Shown here piece by piece: positions 49,511 through 62,163 of a DNA stretch of 64,000 nucleotides. Both the position numbers and the translations under genes were made by a program. Origin of the DNA: Escherichia coli 042 (GTDB lineage: Bacteria; Pseudomonadota; Gammaproteobacteria; Enterobacterales; Enterobacteriaceae); assembly GCF_000027125.1 (NCBI RefSeq), contig NC_017626.1; one strand, written 5' to 3'. The first letter of the stretch is position 1. The number at the start of each line of letters is the position of its first letter. Below the pieces are notes generated by a model that was not told the origin of the DNA, searched no databases, and worked only from the letters and a program-made list of their open reading frames with translations.

Positions 49511-49783
49511 TTACTTAAACATGGCAATAGGCTTTGCTGAGATACCAAAATCTTCTTTTAACTGTTGTTTGCTCTTCATGACCATCTGACCATTTGTGTC
49601 AATTGTCATATGCTGTGCTTCGGTATTATTGCGGGCTTGCCACAGCATCACCAGTTGCAGGCAGTTCTCTTTTTGTTCCTCGGTCAACGCAACGCCATCA
49701 GGCCATTTCCCCAATTCAACGGCGGTCGACAAACGCTGGTATACCTCAGGCGTCATGCTGTTGATAATGTCATCAAGATTCAT
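49511..49783 (-). CDS. yeaC: DUF1315-family small protein
   Basis: ORF track 49511..49828 trimmed to ATG at 49783 (MNLDDIINSMTPEVYQRL); 90 aa. Confidence 0.8.
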   Translation of the reverse strand: MNLDDIINSMTPEVYQRLSTAVELGKWPDGVALTEEQKENCLQLVMLWQARNNTEAQHMTIDTNGQMVMKSKQQLKEDFGISAKPIAMFK

Positions 49784-49824
49784 AATTTTTCCGCTCCTGT
49801 GGAATAAGTTGCTGAATCGTTTTT

Positions 49825-50238
49825 TCAACCGTTGATTTCTTCGCCGTTTTCGCCATCGGTAAAGCGTAAAGAGGCTGAGTTAACACAATAACGTTCACCC
49901 GTTGGCTGCGGCCCGTCGGGGAAGACATGCCCCAGATGGGCATCACAGTTACCGCAACGAATTTCTATGCGCTGCATTCCATGTGACAAGTCTTTGATAT
50001 AACGAATGGATTCTTCACTCACCGGTTCGTAGAAACTGGGCCAGCCACAGCCGGAATCATACTTGGTTTGGGAATGAAACAGCGGGGCATCGCAGATCAA
50101 ACAGTGATATACGCCGTCACGCTTGTTATGCAGTAAACGACCCGTAAATGGCGGCTCTGTCCCATGATTCTGCGTCACGTAGAACTGCATCTCGGACAAA
50201 TTTTTTTTCAGTTCTTCTGCCGAAGGTTTATTAGCCAT
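49825..50238 (-). CDS. msrB: Peptide methionine sulfoxide reductase MsrB
   Basis: ORF trimmed to ATG at 50238; two CxxC zinc motifs (CLICDA, CGNCDAH) and C-terminal catalytic Cys region; 137 aa. Confidence 0.9.
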
Positions 50239-50567
50239 TTGCTCACATCTCACTTTAATCGTGCTCACATTACGTGACTGATTCTAACAAAACATTAACA
50301 CCAACTGGCAAAATTTTGTCCTAAACTTGATCTCGACGAAATGGCTGCACCTAAATCGTGATGAAAATCACATTTTTATCGTAATTGCCCTTTAAAATTC
50401 GGGACGCCGACCCCATGTGGTCTCAAGCCCAAAGGAAGAGTGAGGCGAGTCAGTCGCGTAATGCTTAGGCACAGGATTGATTTGTCGCAATGATTGACAC
50501 GATTCCGCTTGACGCTGCGTAAGGTTTTTGTAATTTTACAGGCAACCTTTTATTCACTAACAAATAG

Positions 50568-51575
<1,008 letters not shown>

Positions 51576-51596
51576 GTTGAGATGACACTGTGATCT

Positions 51597-51627
51597 AAAA
51601 AGAGCGACTTCGGTCGCTCTTTTTTTT
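51597..51627 (+). terminator. Rho-independent terminator of gapA
   Basis: AAAAAGAGCGAC-TTCG-GTCGCTCT followed by T7, 22 bp after the gapA stop. Confidence 0.85.
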
Positions 51628-51658
51628 ACCTGATAAAATGAAGTTAAAGGACTGCGTC

Positions 51659-52543
51659 ATGATTAAGAAAATTTTTGCCCTTCCGGTCATCGAACAAATC
51701 TCCCCTGTCCTCTCCCGTCGTAAACTGGATGAACTGGACCTCATTGTGGTCGATCATCCCCAGGTAAAAGCCTCTTTTGGATTACAGGGGGCACACCTTC
51801 TCTCATGGAAACCTGCGGGTGAAGAAGAAATTCTGTGGTTGAGTAACAACACACCGTTCAAAAATGGCGTCGCTATTCGCGGTGGCGTACCGGTTTGCTG
51901 GCCGTGGTTTGGTCCGGCTGCACAACAAGGCCTGCCTGCGCACGGTTTTGCCCGCAACCTGCCGTGGACGCTGAAATCACATCATGAAGATGCTGATGGC
52001 GTAGCGCTGACTTTTGAATTGACGCAAAGCGAAGAGACGAAAAAATTCTGGCCGCACGACTTTACGCTGTTAGCGCATTTCCGCGTGGGTAAAACCTGTG
52101 AAATCGATCTTGAAGCACACGGCGAATTTGAAACCACCTCTGCCCTGCATACCTACTTTAACGTGGGTGATATCGCTAAGGTAAGCGTCAGTGGGCTGGG
52201 CGATCGCTTCATTGATAAAGTGAATGACGCGAAAGAAGATGTACTGACCGACGGTATTCAGACCTTCACTGACCGTACCGATCGCGTGTATCTGAATCCG
52301 CAAGATTGCAGCGTGATTAATGATGAAGCGCTGAATCGTATTATCGCCGTAGGTCACCAGCATCATCTGAACGTTGTAGGCTGGAATCCGGGACCGGCGC
52401 TTTCAGTTAGCATGGGCGACATGCCGGACGATGGCTACAAGACCTTTGTTTGTGTAGAAACGGCTTACGCTTCAGAAACGCAAAAAGTCACCAAAGAAAA
52501 ACCTGCACATCTGGCGCAATCCATTCGCGTTGCCAAACGTTAA
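51659..52543 (+). CDS. yeaD: Aldose 1-epimerase-family protein (glucose-6-phosphate 1-epimerase-like)
   Basis: ORF trimmed to ATG at 51659 (MIKKIFALPV); 294 aa. Confidence 0.85.
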   Translation: MIKKIFALPVIEQISPVLSRRKLDELDLIVVDHPQVKASFGLQGAHLLSWKPAGEEEILWLSNNTPFKNGVAIRGGVPVCWPWFGPAAQQGLPAHGFARNLPWTLKSHHEDADGVALTFELTQSEETKKFWPHDFTLLAHFRVGKTCEIDLEAHGEFETTSALHTYFNVGDIAKVSVSGLGDRFIDKVNDAKEDVLTDGIQTFTDRTDRVYLNPQDCSVINDEALNRIIAVGHQHHLNVVGWNPGPALSVSMGDMPDDGYKTFVCVETAYASETQKVTKEKPAHLAQSIRVAKR

Positions 52544-52593
52544 TTTGCGTTAATGTTGTGTGCCGGGTGCGATGCATCCGGCACGTATCAACA

Positions 52594-53448
52594 TCACACC
52601 ATATCCAGCGCAGTTTTTCCTTTTGGTGCCGGATACGCTTTATCCAGCATAGCTAATTCCGCTGGAGAAAGTTCGACCTCAAGCACAGCCGCATTCTGTT
52701 GGACATGGGCAATCGTGGCCGCTTTTGGAATCGCCATCACACCCTGATGGCTGATTACCCACGCCAACAATACTTGTGCCGAGCTGATATTGTGAGCATG
52801 TGCAATTTCGTTGACTACTGCGTTTTTTAGCAGCCCATTGCGCAACCGCCCGGCCTGAGCTAACGGACTGTAAGCCATCACCGGTATCTGCTGTTGCTGG
52901 CACCAAGGGAGTAGATCGTACTCAATCCCTCGTGAACCGAGATGGTAAAGTACCTGATTAGTGGCACACTGATTTCCCCCCGGCAGCTGCCAGAGTTCCT
53001 GCATATCGGCATAATCAAGGTTAGAAACGCCCCAGCGGCGGATTTTGCCCTGGGCGACCAATTTTTCCATCGCTGCGACAGTCTCTTCGAGAGCGAAACT
53101 GCCAGACCAGTGTAATAAGTAGAGATCGAGATAATCAGTATTGAGACGGCGTAAACTGGCTTCGCATGCATTTATCGCTTTTTGCCCGCCAGCATTCCAC
53201 GGATAGACTTTAGAGACGAGAAAGACCTTCTCTCGCAGACCGGTTAATGCTTCCCCAACCACCTTTTCGGCACCACCATCGGCATACATTTCGGCGGTAT
53301 CAATGAGGGTTAAACCGAGTTCAATGCCCGCGCGTAGTGCAGCTACTTCTGTTTTGCGCTGACTGGCATCTTCGCCCATATACCATGTTCCCTGCCCTAT
53401 GGCTGGCAGTGAGACATCGCCACTAAATTGAATCATTTTTTGTTGCAT
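52594..53448 (-). CDS. yeaE: Aldo-keto reductase (methylglyoxal reductase-like)
   Basis: 284 aa ORF; AKR family. Confidence 0.85.
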   Translation of the reverse strand: MQQKMIQFSGDVSLPAIGQGTWYMGEDASQRKTEVAALRAGIELGLTLIDTAEMYADGGAEKVVGEALTGLREKVFLVSKVYPWNAGGQKAINACEASLRRLNTDYLDLYLLHWSGSFALEETVAAMEKLVAQGKIRRWGVSNLDYADMQELWQLPGGNQCATNQVLYHLGSRGIEYDLLPWCQQQQIPVMAYSPLAQAGRLRNGLLKNAVVNEIAHAHNISSAQVLLAWVISHQGVMAIPKAATIAHVQQNAAVLEVELSPAELAMLDKAYPAPKGKTALDMV

Positions 53449-53537
53449 TGTTTCCTCCCAGGTATTGCACCACCGTAATGCAAAACAGGGCGTGACGCCC
53501 TGTTTTTATGCACAAAATGCCCTGGAAAGATGCATTA

Positions 53538-54284
53538 TCAGAATTTGTAGGTGATCCCGGTAGAAATCAGGCCAGTCCAGGATTTATCCACCATCGGGCT
53601 GTCAGTAACTTCATCAGACAGACGGGTGTAGCGCGCGGTACCGTAAACACTCCAGTCGCCGAGGAAGTTGTAGCTGGCGCTCAGCTCCAGGTAAGGGCTC
53701 CAGCTGTCGTTCGGGTTATAGCCACGCAGACCGCTGCGAGCGGACTCTTTGCGCGATACGCCATAATAGTATTCGTTCTGGTTTTCGCTGTTCCACTGCA
53801 CACCAATACCCGGAGTCACGGTCAGGCCGCCGTTGGTGTAACGATACAACCAGGCCATATCCCAGACAATGCCGTTGCTGTTATCCAGGGTATCGCCAGC
53901 CAGGGTGGTACGCAAGTAACCGTACTGGGTAAAGTGAGCATAAGACAGACCAGCCATCATGGTGCTCTTACGGTCATCCAGGTGACGCATTTGGTGATCG
54001 CCACTGTCTTTAGCTTTGAAGTAAAGCGGCGACCAGTAAGCGGTAATTGAAAGTTTGTCCGTTGCGTCATTCCACAGGTAGTAACCACCACCTAAGCCAC
54101 GGAACCAGAAGTTATCGCCTTCATAGTTGATTACCGGTACTGGGTAAACATCGGTATCGTAATCTTTATATGGGTGTTCAACGACACCTACGCCTGCGCC
54201 CAGGGAAAATTTACCTTCAGCGTGCGCTACGCCTGCAGACGTTGCGATAAGCACTCCAAGTGCCAGAAGTTTGAGTTTGGTCAC
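53538..54284 (-). CDS. mipA: MltA-interacting outer membrane protein
   Basis: 248 aa ORF with signal peptide and beta-barrel-like alternating pattern ending in aromatic residue (TYKF). Confidence 0.9.
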   Translation of the reverse strand: MTKLKLLALGVLIATSAGVAHAEGKFSLGAGVGVVEHPYKDYDTDVYPVPVINYEGDNFWFRGLGGGYYLWNDATDKLSITAYWSPLYFKAKDSGDHQMRHLDDRKSTMMAGLSYAHFTQYGYLRTTLAGDTLDNSNGIVWDMAWLYRYTNGGLTVTPGIGVQWNSENQNEYYYGVSRKESARSGLRGYNPNDSWSPYLELSASYNFLGDWSVYGTARYTRLSDEVTDSPMVDKSWTGLISTGITYKF

Positions 54285-54600
54285 AATTAATCATTCCTTA
54301 AACAAATGTTTAGCGGGCGACAAAGTTTACCCGTCAATACATCGAAACCCAACCTTTTTACGTTTTCATTTTTTAAAGTAACTGTTTAATTTTCCTGACG
54401 CGGATGACACCGCGCTTACAGCCAAATGAATTTAGCGTTACTGGCGACCCTGGTCTTTACATTAATTATGCAAAATTTATGGATGAGTTGTTGATATGCC
54501 ATTGAAATTAAGAAAGCCGTGCAGGCAAGTTTTCCATTTGCCATCTACGCTTAATTTTGAAGGTGTATCACCGGGCACGTTGTTCTCATCGTCGATAAAA

Positions 54601-54616
54601 TGGCATGAGAGTTGCT
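54601..54616 (+). promoter_or_regulatory. Candidate sigma-54 promoter for yeaGH
   Basis: TGGCAT-GAGAG-TTGCT matches the sigma-54 -24/-12 consensus TGGCAC-N5-TTGCW, about 105 bp upstream of the yeaG start. Confidence 0.5.
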
Positions 54617-54719
54617 GTGTTTTAGCAAGAGACGTCGTTCAGTTTACCTCTTCCGGGAGCCTCTACTATTCATATGAACGGCTCTTAACCTGTGCTAAAA
54701 AACGAAAGGACGGCATACC

Positions 54720-56654
54720 ATGAATATATTCGATCACTATCGCCAGCGATATGAAGCTGCCAAGGACGAAGAGTTCACACTGCAGGAGTTTCTTACCACT
54801 TGTCGGCAAGATCGCAGTGCTTATGCCAACGCGGCTGAGCGGCTATTGATGGCTATCGGTGAGCCTGTCATGGTCGATACAGCCCAGGAACCCAGACTTT
54901 CTCGACTCTTTTCTAACCGGGTCATTGCACGTTATCCGGCGTTTGAAGAGTTTTACGGCATGGAAGACGCGATTGAACAGATTGTCTCTTATCTGAAACA
55001 CGCGGCTCAGGGGCTGGAAGAGAAGAAACAAATCCTGTATCTGCTGGGGCCTGTGGGTGGGGGTAAATCATCGCTTGCTGAGCGACTGAAATCATTAATG
55101 CAGCTCGTACCGATTTATGTATTGAGCGCCAACGGTGAGCGTAGCCCGGTCAACGATCATCCGTTCTGTCTTTTCAATCCGCAGGAAGATGCGCAGATTC
55201 TGGAAAAAGAGTATGGCATTCCTCGCCGTTATCTCGGCACCATCATGTCGCCGTGGGCGGCAAAACGCCTGCATGAATTTGGTGGCGATATCACTAAGTT
55301 CCGGGTAGTGAAGGTCTGGCCGTCAATTCTGCAACAAATTGCTATCGCCAAAACGGAACCCGGTGATGAGAACAACCAGGACATCTCCGCGCTGGTTGGG
55401 AAAGTCGATATTCGTAAACTCGAACACTACGCGCAGAATGACCCGGACGCCTACGGCTATTCCGGTGCACTGTGCCGCGCCAACCAGGGGATCATGGAAT
55501 TCGTTGAGATGTTTAAAGCACCGATTAAAGTGCTGCATCCCTTGCTAACCGCCACTCAGGAAGGTAACTACAACGGGACGGAAGGTATCTCCGCCCTGCC
55601 GTTCAACGGGATTATTCTCGCTCACTCGAACGAATCCGAATGGGTCACTTTCCGTAATAACAAAAACAACGAAGCCTTCCTTGATCGTGTTTACATCGTG
55701 AAGGTGCCGTATTGCTTGCGCATTTCCGAAGAGATCAAAATCTACGAGAAATTGCTTAATCACAGTGAATTGACTCACGCCCCCTGCGCCCCTGGCACGC
55801 TGGAAACGCTGTCACGTTTTTCCATTCTTTCGCGCCTTAAAGAGCCAGAAAACTCCAGCATTTATTCAAAGATGCGGGTTTATGATGGCGAAAGTCTGAA
55901 AGACACAGATCCCAAAGCCAAGTCGTATCAGGAATATCGTGACTACGCCGGTGTCGATGAAGGGATGAACGGTCTGTCGACGCGTTTTGCGTTTAAGATC
56001 CTCTCCCGCGTGTTCAACTTCGATCATGTAGAAGTGGCGGCAAACCCGGTTCATCTGTTCTACGTTCTGGAACAACAGATAGAACGCGAGCAGTTCCCGC
56101 AAGAACAGGCGGAACGCTATCTGGAGTTCCTGAAAGGTTACTTGATCCCGAAATATGCCGAGTTTATCGGTAAAGAGATTCAGACTGCGTATCTTGAATC
56201 CTATTCAGAATATGGACAGAACATTTTCGACCGTTATGTTACCTACGCGGATTTCTGGATTCAGGATCAGGAGTATCGCGATCCGGATACCGGGCAGCTG
56301 TTTGATCGCGAGTCTCTTAACGCCGAGCTGGAGAAAATCGAGAAACCGGCGGGGATCAGTAATCCAAAAGATTTCCGCAACGAGATTGTTAACTTCGTAC
56401 TGCGCGCCAGAGCGAATAACAGCGGACGCAATCCGAACTGGACCAGCTATGAAAAACTGCGCACGGTTATTGAGAAGAAAATGTTCTCCAATACCGAGGA
56501 GCTGTTGCCGGTTATTTCGTTTAACGCCAAAACGTCAACCGACGAGCAAAAGAAACACGACGATTTTGTCGACCGTATGATGGAAAAAGGCTACACCCGT
56601 AAACAGGTGCGTTTACTGTGCGAATGGTATTTGCGCGTACGTAAATCGTCTTAA
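54720..56654 (+). CDS. yeaG: PrkA-family serine protein kinase
   Basis: 644 aa ORF with Walker A motif LLGPVGGGKSSLAERL. Confidence 0.9.
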   Translation: MNIFDHYRQRYEAAKDEEFTLQEFLTTCRQDRSAYANAAERLLMAIGEPVMVDTAQEPRLSRLFSNRVIARYPAFEEFYGMEDAIEQIVSYLKHAAQGLEEKKQILYLLGPVGGGKSSLAERLKSLMQLVPIYVLSANGERSPVNDHPFCLFNPQEDAQILEKEYGIPRRYLGTIMSPWAAKRLHEFGGDITKFRVVKVWPSILQQIAIAKTEPGDENNQDISALVGKVDIRKLEHYAQNDPDAYGYSGALCRANQGIMEFVEMFKAPIKVLHPLLTATQEGNYNGTEGISALPFNGIILAHSNESEWVTFRNNKNNEAFLDRVYIVKVPYCLRISEEIKIYEKLLNHSELTHAPCAPGTLETLSRFSILSRLKEPENSSIYSKMRVYDGESLKDTDPKAKSYQEYRDYAGVDEGMNGLSTRFAFKILSRVFNFDHVEVAANPVHLFYVLEQQIEREQFPQEQAERYLEFLKGYLIPKYAEFIGKEIQTAYLESYSEYGQNIFDRYVTYADFWIQDQEYRDPDTGQLFDRESLNAELEKIEKPAGISNPKDFRNEIVNFVLRARANNSGRNPNWTSYEKLRTVIEKKMFSNTEELLPVISFNAKTSTDEQKKHDDFVDRMMEKGYTRKQVRLLCEWYLRVRKSS

Positions 56655-56754
56655 CAACCCTGGCCCGGTACACATGCTACCGGGCCTACAACGACAGCGA
56701 ACCGTGGGCCAGAGAAGCGGCAACACAGGCGTAGCATACAGTTGGCAAATGTAG

Positions 56755-58050
<1,296 letters not shown>

Positions 58051-58196
58051 AACTATCAGCCGGGTCATTATCGCCTGGCTGATTTTTAGCTCACTGTAAA
58101 TTATCTCATTTATTACATACATTAGCTTACAATCGCTTTAAATATGACAGCATAACCTTTACACAATTTAGTTCCAGAAAACAATCATTCGGAAAA

Positions 58197-59672
58197 ATGA
58201 TTCGGTCAACACGTGTTTCCCTGGGGTTATTCTTTAAATATTTTTTATCGTTAACGAAAATTGATCCTGGTCAAAACTATATATCTCTGCCATCAATAAA
58301 ATCCAGCACTCACATTGCTCTCCTTTTTATGGCTTCTATGGGTACACAAAAATTAAAAGCTCAAGGCTTTTTTATTTTCAGCTTATTGCTGACGTTAATT
58401 TTATTTTGCATTACTACCTTATATAACGAAAACACGAATGTAAAACTCATCCCACAGATGAATTACCTGATGGTTGTTGTGGCTTTGTTTTTCCTTAACG
58501 CCGTCATTTTTCTTTTCATGTTAATGAAGTATTTCACTAACAAACAAATTTTACCAACACTCATTTTAAGCCTTGCATTTTTAAGTGGCCTTATCTATTT
58601 AGTTGAAACCATTGTAATTATCCATAAACCAATCAACGGCAGTACACTGATCCAGACAAAGTCGAATGATGTTTCTATTTTCTATATTTTCCGCCAACTC
58701 AGTTTCATTTGTTTAACCTCGCTGGCGCTCTTTTGTTATGGGAAAGACAACATCCTTGACAACAATAAGAAAAAAACTGGCATTCTGTTACTGGCGCTGA
58801 TTCCTTTTTTAGTTTTTCCCCTTCTGGCACACAATCTGAGCAGTTATAACGCTGACTATTCTTTGTATGTCGTCGATTACTGTCCGGACAACCATACTGC
58901 GACCTGGGGAATCAACTATACAAAAATATTGGTTTGTCTGTGGGCATTTTTACTGTTCTTTATTATCATGCGTACACGATTAGCCAGCGAACTATGGCCG
59001 TTAATAGCATTATTATGTCTGGCATCGCTATGCTGCAACTTACTTCTACTAACTCTGGATGAGTATAATTACACCATCTGGTATATCAGTCGCGGGATTG
59101 AAGTCTCCAGTAAACTGTTTGTTGTGTCTTTTCTGATTTATAACATTTTTCAGGAACTGCAACTCTCCAGCAAACTGGCAGTTCATGATGTGCTGACCAA
59201 TATTTATAATCGGCGCTACTTTTTCAACAGCGTAGAGTCATTATTGTCGCGACCTGTTGTTAAGGACTTCTGTGTCATGCTGGTTGATATTAATCAGTTC
59301 AAACGCATCAATGCCCAATGGGGACATCGTGTGGGTGATAAAGTGCTGGTTTCAATTGTCGATATTATCCAGCAAAGCATCCGCCCCGATGATATTTTAG
59401 CGCGACTGGAGGGTGAGGTGTTTGGCTTGCTATTTACCGAACTCAATAGTGCCCAGGCAAAAATCATTGCGGAACGTATGCGTAAAAATGTCGAACTCCT
59501 GACCGGCTTTAGTAACAGATATGATGTTCCTGAGCAAATGACCATCAGTATTGGCACGGTTTTTTCAACGGGTGACACACGTAATATCTCGCTTGTCATG
59601 ACGGAAGCAGATAAAGCCTTACGCGAAGCGAAAAGCGAGGGGGGCAACAAAGTGATTATTCATCATATTTAA
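58197..59672 (+). CDS. yeaI: Membrane-anchored degenerate GGDEF-domain protein
   Basis: 491 aa ORF; hydrophobic N-terminal half; C-terminal GGDEF-type domain in which the signature reads EGEVF (ARLEGEVFGLLF); notably AT-rich gene. Confidence 0.85.
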   Translation: MIRSTRVSLGLFFKYFLSLTKIDPGQNYISLPSIKSSTHIALLFMASMGTQKLKAQGFFIFSLLLTLILFCITTLYNENTNVKLIPQMNYLMVVVALFFLNAVIFLFMLMKYFTNKQILPTLILSLAFLSGLIYLVETIVIIHKPINGSTLIQTKSNDVSIFYIFRQLSFICLTSLALFCYGKDNILDNNKKKTGILLLALIPFLVFPLLAHNLSSYNADYSLYVVDYCPDNHTATWGINYTKILVCLWAFLLFFIIMRTRLASELWPLIALLCLASLCCNLLLLTLDEYNYTIWYISRGIEVSSKLFVVSFLIYNIFQELQLSSKLAVHDVLTNIYNRRYFFNSVESLLSRPVVKDFCVMLVDINQFKRINAQWGHRVGDKVLVSIVDIIQQSIRPDDILARLEGEVFGLLFTELNSAQAKIIAERMRKNVELLTGFSNRYDVPEQMTISIGTVFSTGDTRNISLVMTEADKALREAKSEGGNKVIIHHI

Positions 59673-59852
59673 GTGCAAAAATATTCAGAGCCATGCTTTT
59701 TGCGTGGCTTTTGCATACAATTTATTACTATTACCCCTAAATTTCCCCTCCCCAGCGGCGCAGAGATGAGTATAATTAGCGCCCCTGTGCCAGGCCGCAA
59801 TCGAACTTTATCTGGTTTTCTCGTTTCACTAACCGAAGGAGTGCCATTTATC

Positions 59853-61343
59853 ATGAAATTGCACCATAGAATGCTCCGGCATTTTATCGCCGCAAGTGTC
59901 ATTGTGCTGACATCTTCCTTCCTTATTTTTGAACTTGTCGCCAGTGACAGAGCAATGAGTGCCTATCTGCGCTATATCGTGCAGAGAGCAGACTCCTCCT
60001 TTCTTTATGATAAGTATCAGAATCAGAGTATTGCCGCGCATGTGATGCGCGCTCTCGCTGCTGAGCAGTCGGAAGTGTCGCCAGAACAGCGGCGCACCAT
60101 CTGCGAGGCTTTTGAGTCTGCAAATAATACCCATGGCTTAAACCTGACTGCCCATAAATACCCTGGCTTACGCGGCACACTACAAACCGCATCCACTGAC
60201 TGCGACACAATTGTGGAAGCTGCAGCACTATTACCCGCTTTTGATCAGGCAGTGGAAGGCAACCGCCACCAGGATGATTACGGTTCAGGTCTTGGGATGG
60301 CCGAAGAGAAATTTCACTATTATCTCGATCTCAATGACCGCTATGTCTATTTTTATGAGCCGGTTAATGTTGAATACTTTGCGATGAATAACTGGTCTTT
60401 CCTGCAGTCAGGAAGTATTGGCATCGATCGCAAAGATATTGAAAAGGTATTTACCGGGCGTACCGTTTTATCGAGCATTTACCAGGATCAGCGTACTAAA
60501 CAGAACGTGATGAGTTTGCTGACGCCGGTATATGTCGCAGGGCAGCTAAAAGGGATTGTGCTGCTGGATATTAACAAAAACAATCTGCGGAATATCTTTT
60601 ACACTCATGACCGCCCTCTCCTCTGGCGTTTTCTCAATGTCACGCTAACCGATACCGATTCGGGGCGCGACATTATCATCAACCAGAGCGAAGATAATCT
60701 GTTCCAGTATGTCAGTTACGTCCATGACTTACCGGGCGGCATTCGTGTCTCGTTATCCATTGATATTCTTTACTTTATCACGTCTTCGTGGAAAAGCGTT
60801 CTGTTCTGGATTTTGACGGCGTTAATTTTGCTGAATATGGTGCGGATGCACTTCCGTTTATACCAAAATGTGTCGCGAGAAAATATTAGTGATGCGATGA
60901 CTGGACTGTATAATCGCAAAATTTTAACCCCTGAACTGGAGCAGCGGTTGCAAAAACTGGTGCAATCCGGTTCTTCGGTGATGTTTATTGCAATTGACAT
61001 GGACAAGTTAAAGCAAATAAATGACACCCTCGGTCATCAGGAGGGGGATTTAGCGATTACGTTATTAGCTCAGGCGATTAAACAGTCGATTCGTAAAAGT
61101 GATTATGCCATCCGACTCGGTGGCGATGAATTCTGCATCATTCTTGTCGATTCGACGCCGCAAATTGCAGCACAACTGCCTGAACGTATCGAAAAACGTC
61201 TGCAACATATCGCGCCGCAGAAAGAGATCGGCTTCTCTTCCGGTATTTACGCGATGAAAGAAAACGATACGTTACATGATGCGTATAAAGCTTCCGATGA
61301 GCGTTTATATGTCAATAAGCAGAACAAAAACAGCCGTTCATGA
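59853..61343 (+). CDS. yeaJ: Diguanylate cyclase with intact GGDEF motif
   Basis: ORF track 59673..61343 trimmed to ATG at 59853 preceded by AAGGAG; C-terminal GGDEF domain with intact motif (AIRLGGDEFCIILVD); 496 aa. Confidence 0.85.
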   Translation: MKLHHRMLRHFIAASVIVLTSSFLIFELVASDRAMSAYLRYIVQRADSSFLYDKYQNQSIAAHVMRALAAEQSEVSPEQRRTICEAFESANNTHGLNLTAHKYPGLRGTLQTASTDCDTIVEAAALLPAFDQAVEGNRHQDDYGSGLGMAEEKFHYYLDLNDRYVYFYEPVNVEYFAMNNWSFLQSGSIGIDRKDIEKVFTGRTVLSSIYQDQRTKQNVMSLLTPVYVAGQLKGIVLLDINKNNLRNIFYTHDRPLLWRFLNVTLTDTDSGRDIIINQSEDNLFQYVSYVHDLPGGIRVSLSIDILYFITSSWKSVLFWILTALILLNMVRMHFRLYQNVSRENISDAMTGLYNRKILTPELEQRLQKLVQSGSSVMFIAIDMDKLKQINDTLGHQEGDLAITLLAQAIKQSIRKSDYAIRLGGDEFCIILVDSTPQIAAQLPERIEKRLQHIAPQKEIGFSSGIYAMKENDTLHDAYKASDERLYVNKQNKNSRS

Positions 61344-61385
61344 TAACCTTCTGTGGTTGTTTGCTTGTAATCTCAGGAGCATGAA

Positions 61386-61889
61386 ATGACTGAAATGGCT
61401 AAAGGAAGCGTGACGCATCAGCGGTTAATCGCTTTATTATCACAAGAAGGTGCTGACTTCCGCGTCGTTACCCATGAAGCGGTAGGTAAATGTGAAGCGG
61501 TGTCAGAAATTCGTGGCACCGCTTTAGGCCAGGGGGCTAAGGCACTGGTATGTAAAGTCAAAGGCAATGGTGTAAATCAACATGTTCTGGCGATCCTCGC
61601 GGCCGATCAACAGGCCGATCTGAGCCAACTCGCCAGCCATATAGGCGGATTACGCGCTTCGTTGGCCAGCCCGGCGGAAGTCGATGAACTCACAGGCTGT
61701 GTCTTCGGCGCGATCCCCCCTTTCAGCTTCCATCCAAAACTCAAACTGGTTGCCGATCCCCTACTCTTCGAACGATTTGATGAAATCGCCTTCAATGCAG
61801 GCATGCTGGATAAATCCGTTATTTTGAAAACCGCGGATTATTTGCGCATTGCGCAACCAGAACTGGTCAATTTCCGACGCACTGCGTAA
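61386..61889 (+). CDS. yeaK: YbaK/ProX-family aminoacyl-tRNA deacylase-like protein
   Basis: 167 aa ORF. Confidence 0.8.
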   Translation: MTEMAKGSVTHQRLIALLSQEGADFRVVTHEAVGKCEAVSEIRGTALGQGAKALVCKVKGNGVNQHVLAILAADQQADLSQLASHIGGLRASLASPAEVDELTGCVFGAIPPFSFHPKLKLVADPLLFERFDEIAFNAGMLDKSVILKTADYLRIAQPELVNFRRTA

Positions 61890-61994
61890 CTAGCCTGTCC
61901 GTTCGATAAGAAGAACGGACAAAACCAGCACAACAGCAATGGCAAAAAACGATGACGTGATAATCAGTGTCTCGACGAACATTTGATCGTTCAT
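61890..61994 (-). CDS. yoaI: Small membrane protein (34 aa)
   Basis: Hand translation of the minus strand gives [34 protein letters not shown] followed by TAG; below the 60 aa cutoff of the ORF track; stop abuts the yeaK stop. Confidence 0.7.
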   Translation of the reverse strand: MNDQMFVETLIITSSFFAIAVVLVLSVLLIERTG

Positions 61995-62163
61995 AGTATG
62001 CCCCCGGGAGATAGCTGTTTTCACGTTATTGTTAGCGTGCACAAATTGCAGTTTGATGACAGTTCGCCTGATTTTTTATGCAAAAAACGTAAAGATTTTC
62101 TACTTCCTTCCTGCAGCAAGCGTAAAGTAAGCAGGCTTATTATTCTTTGGCAAGGAAACCACG

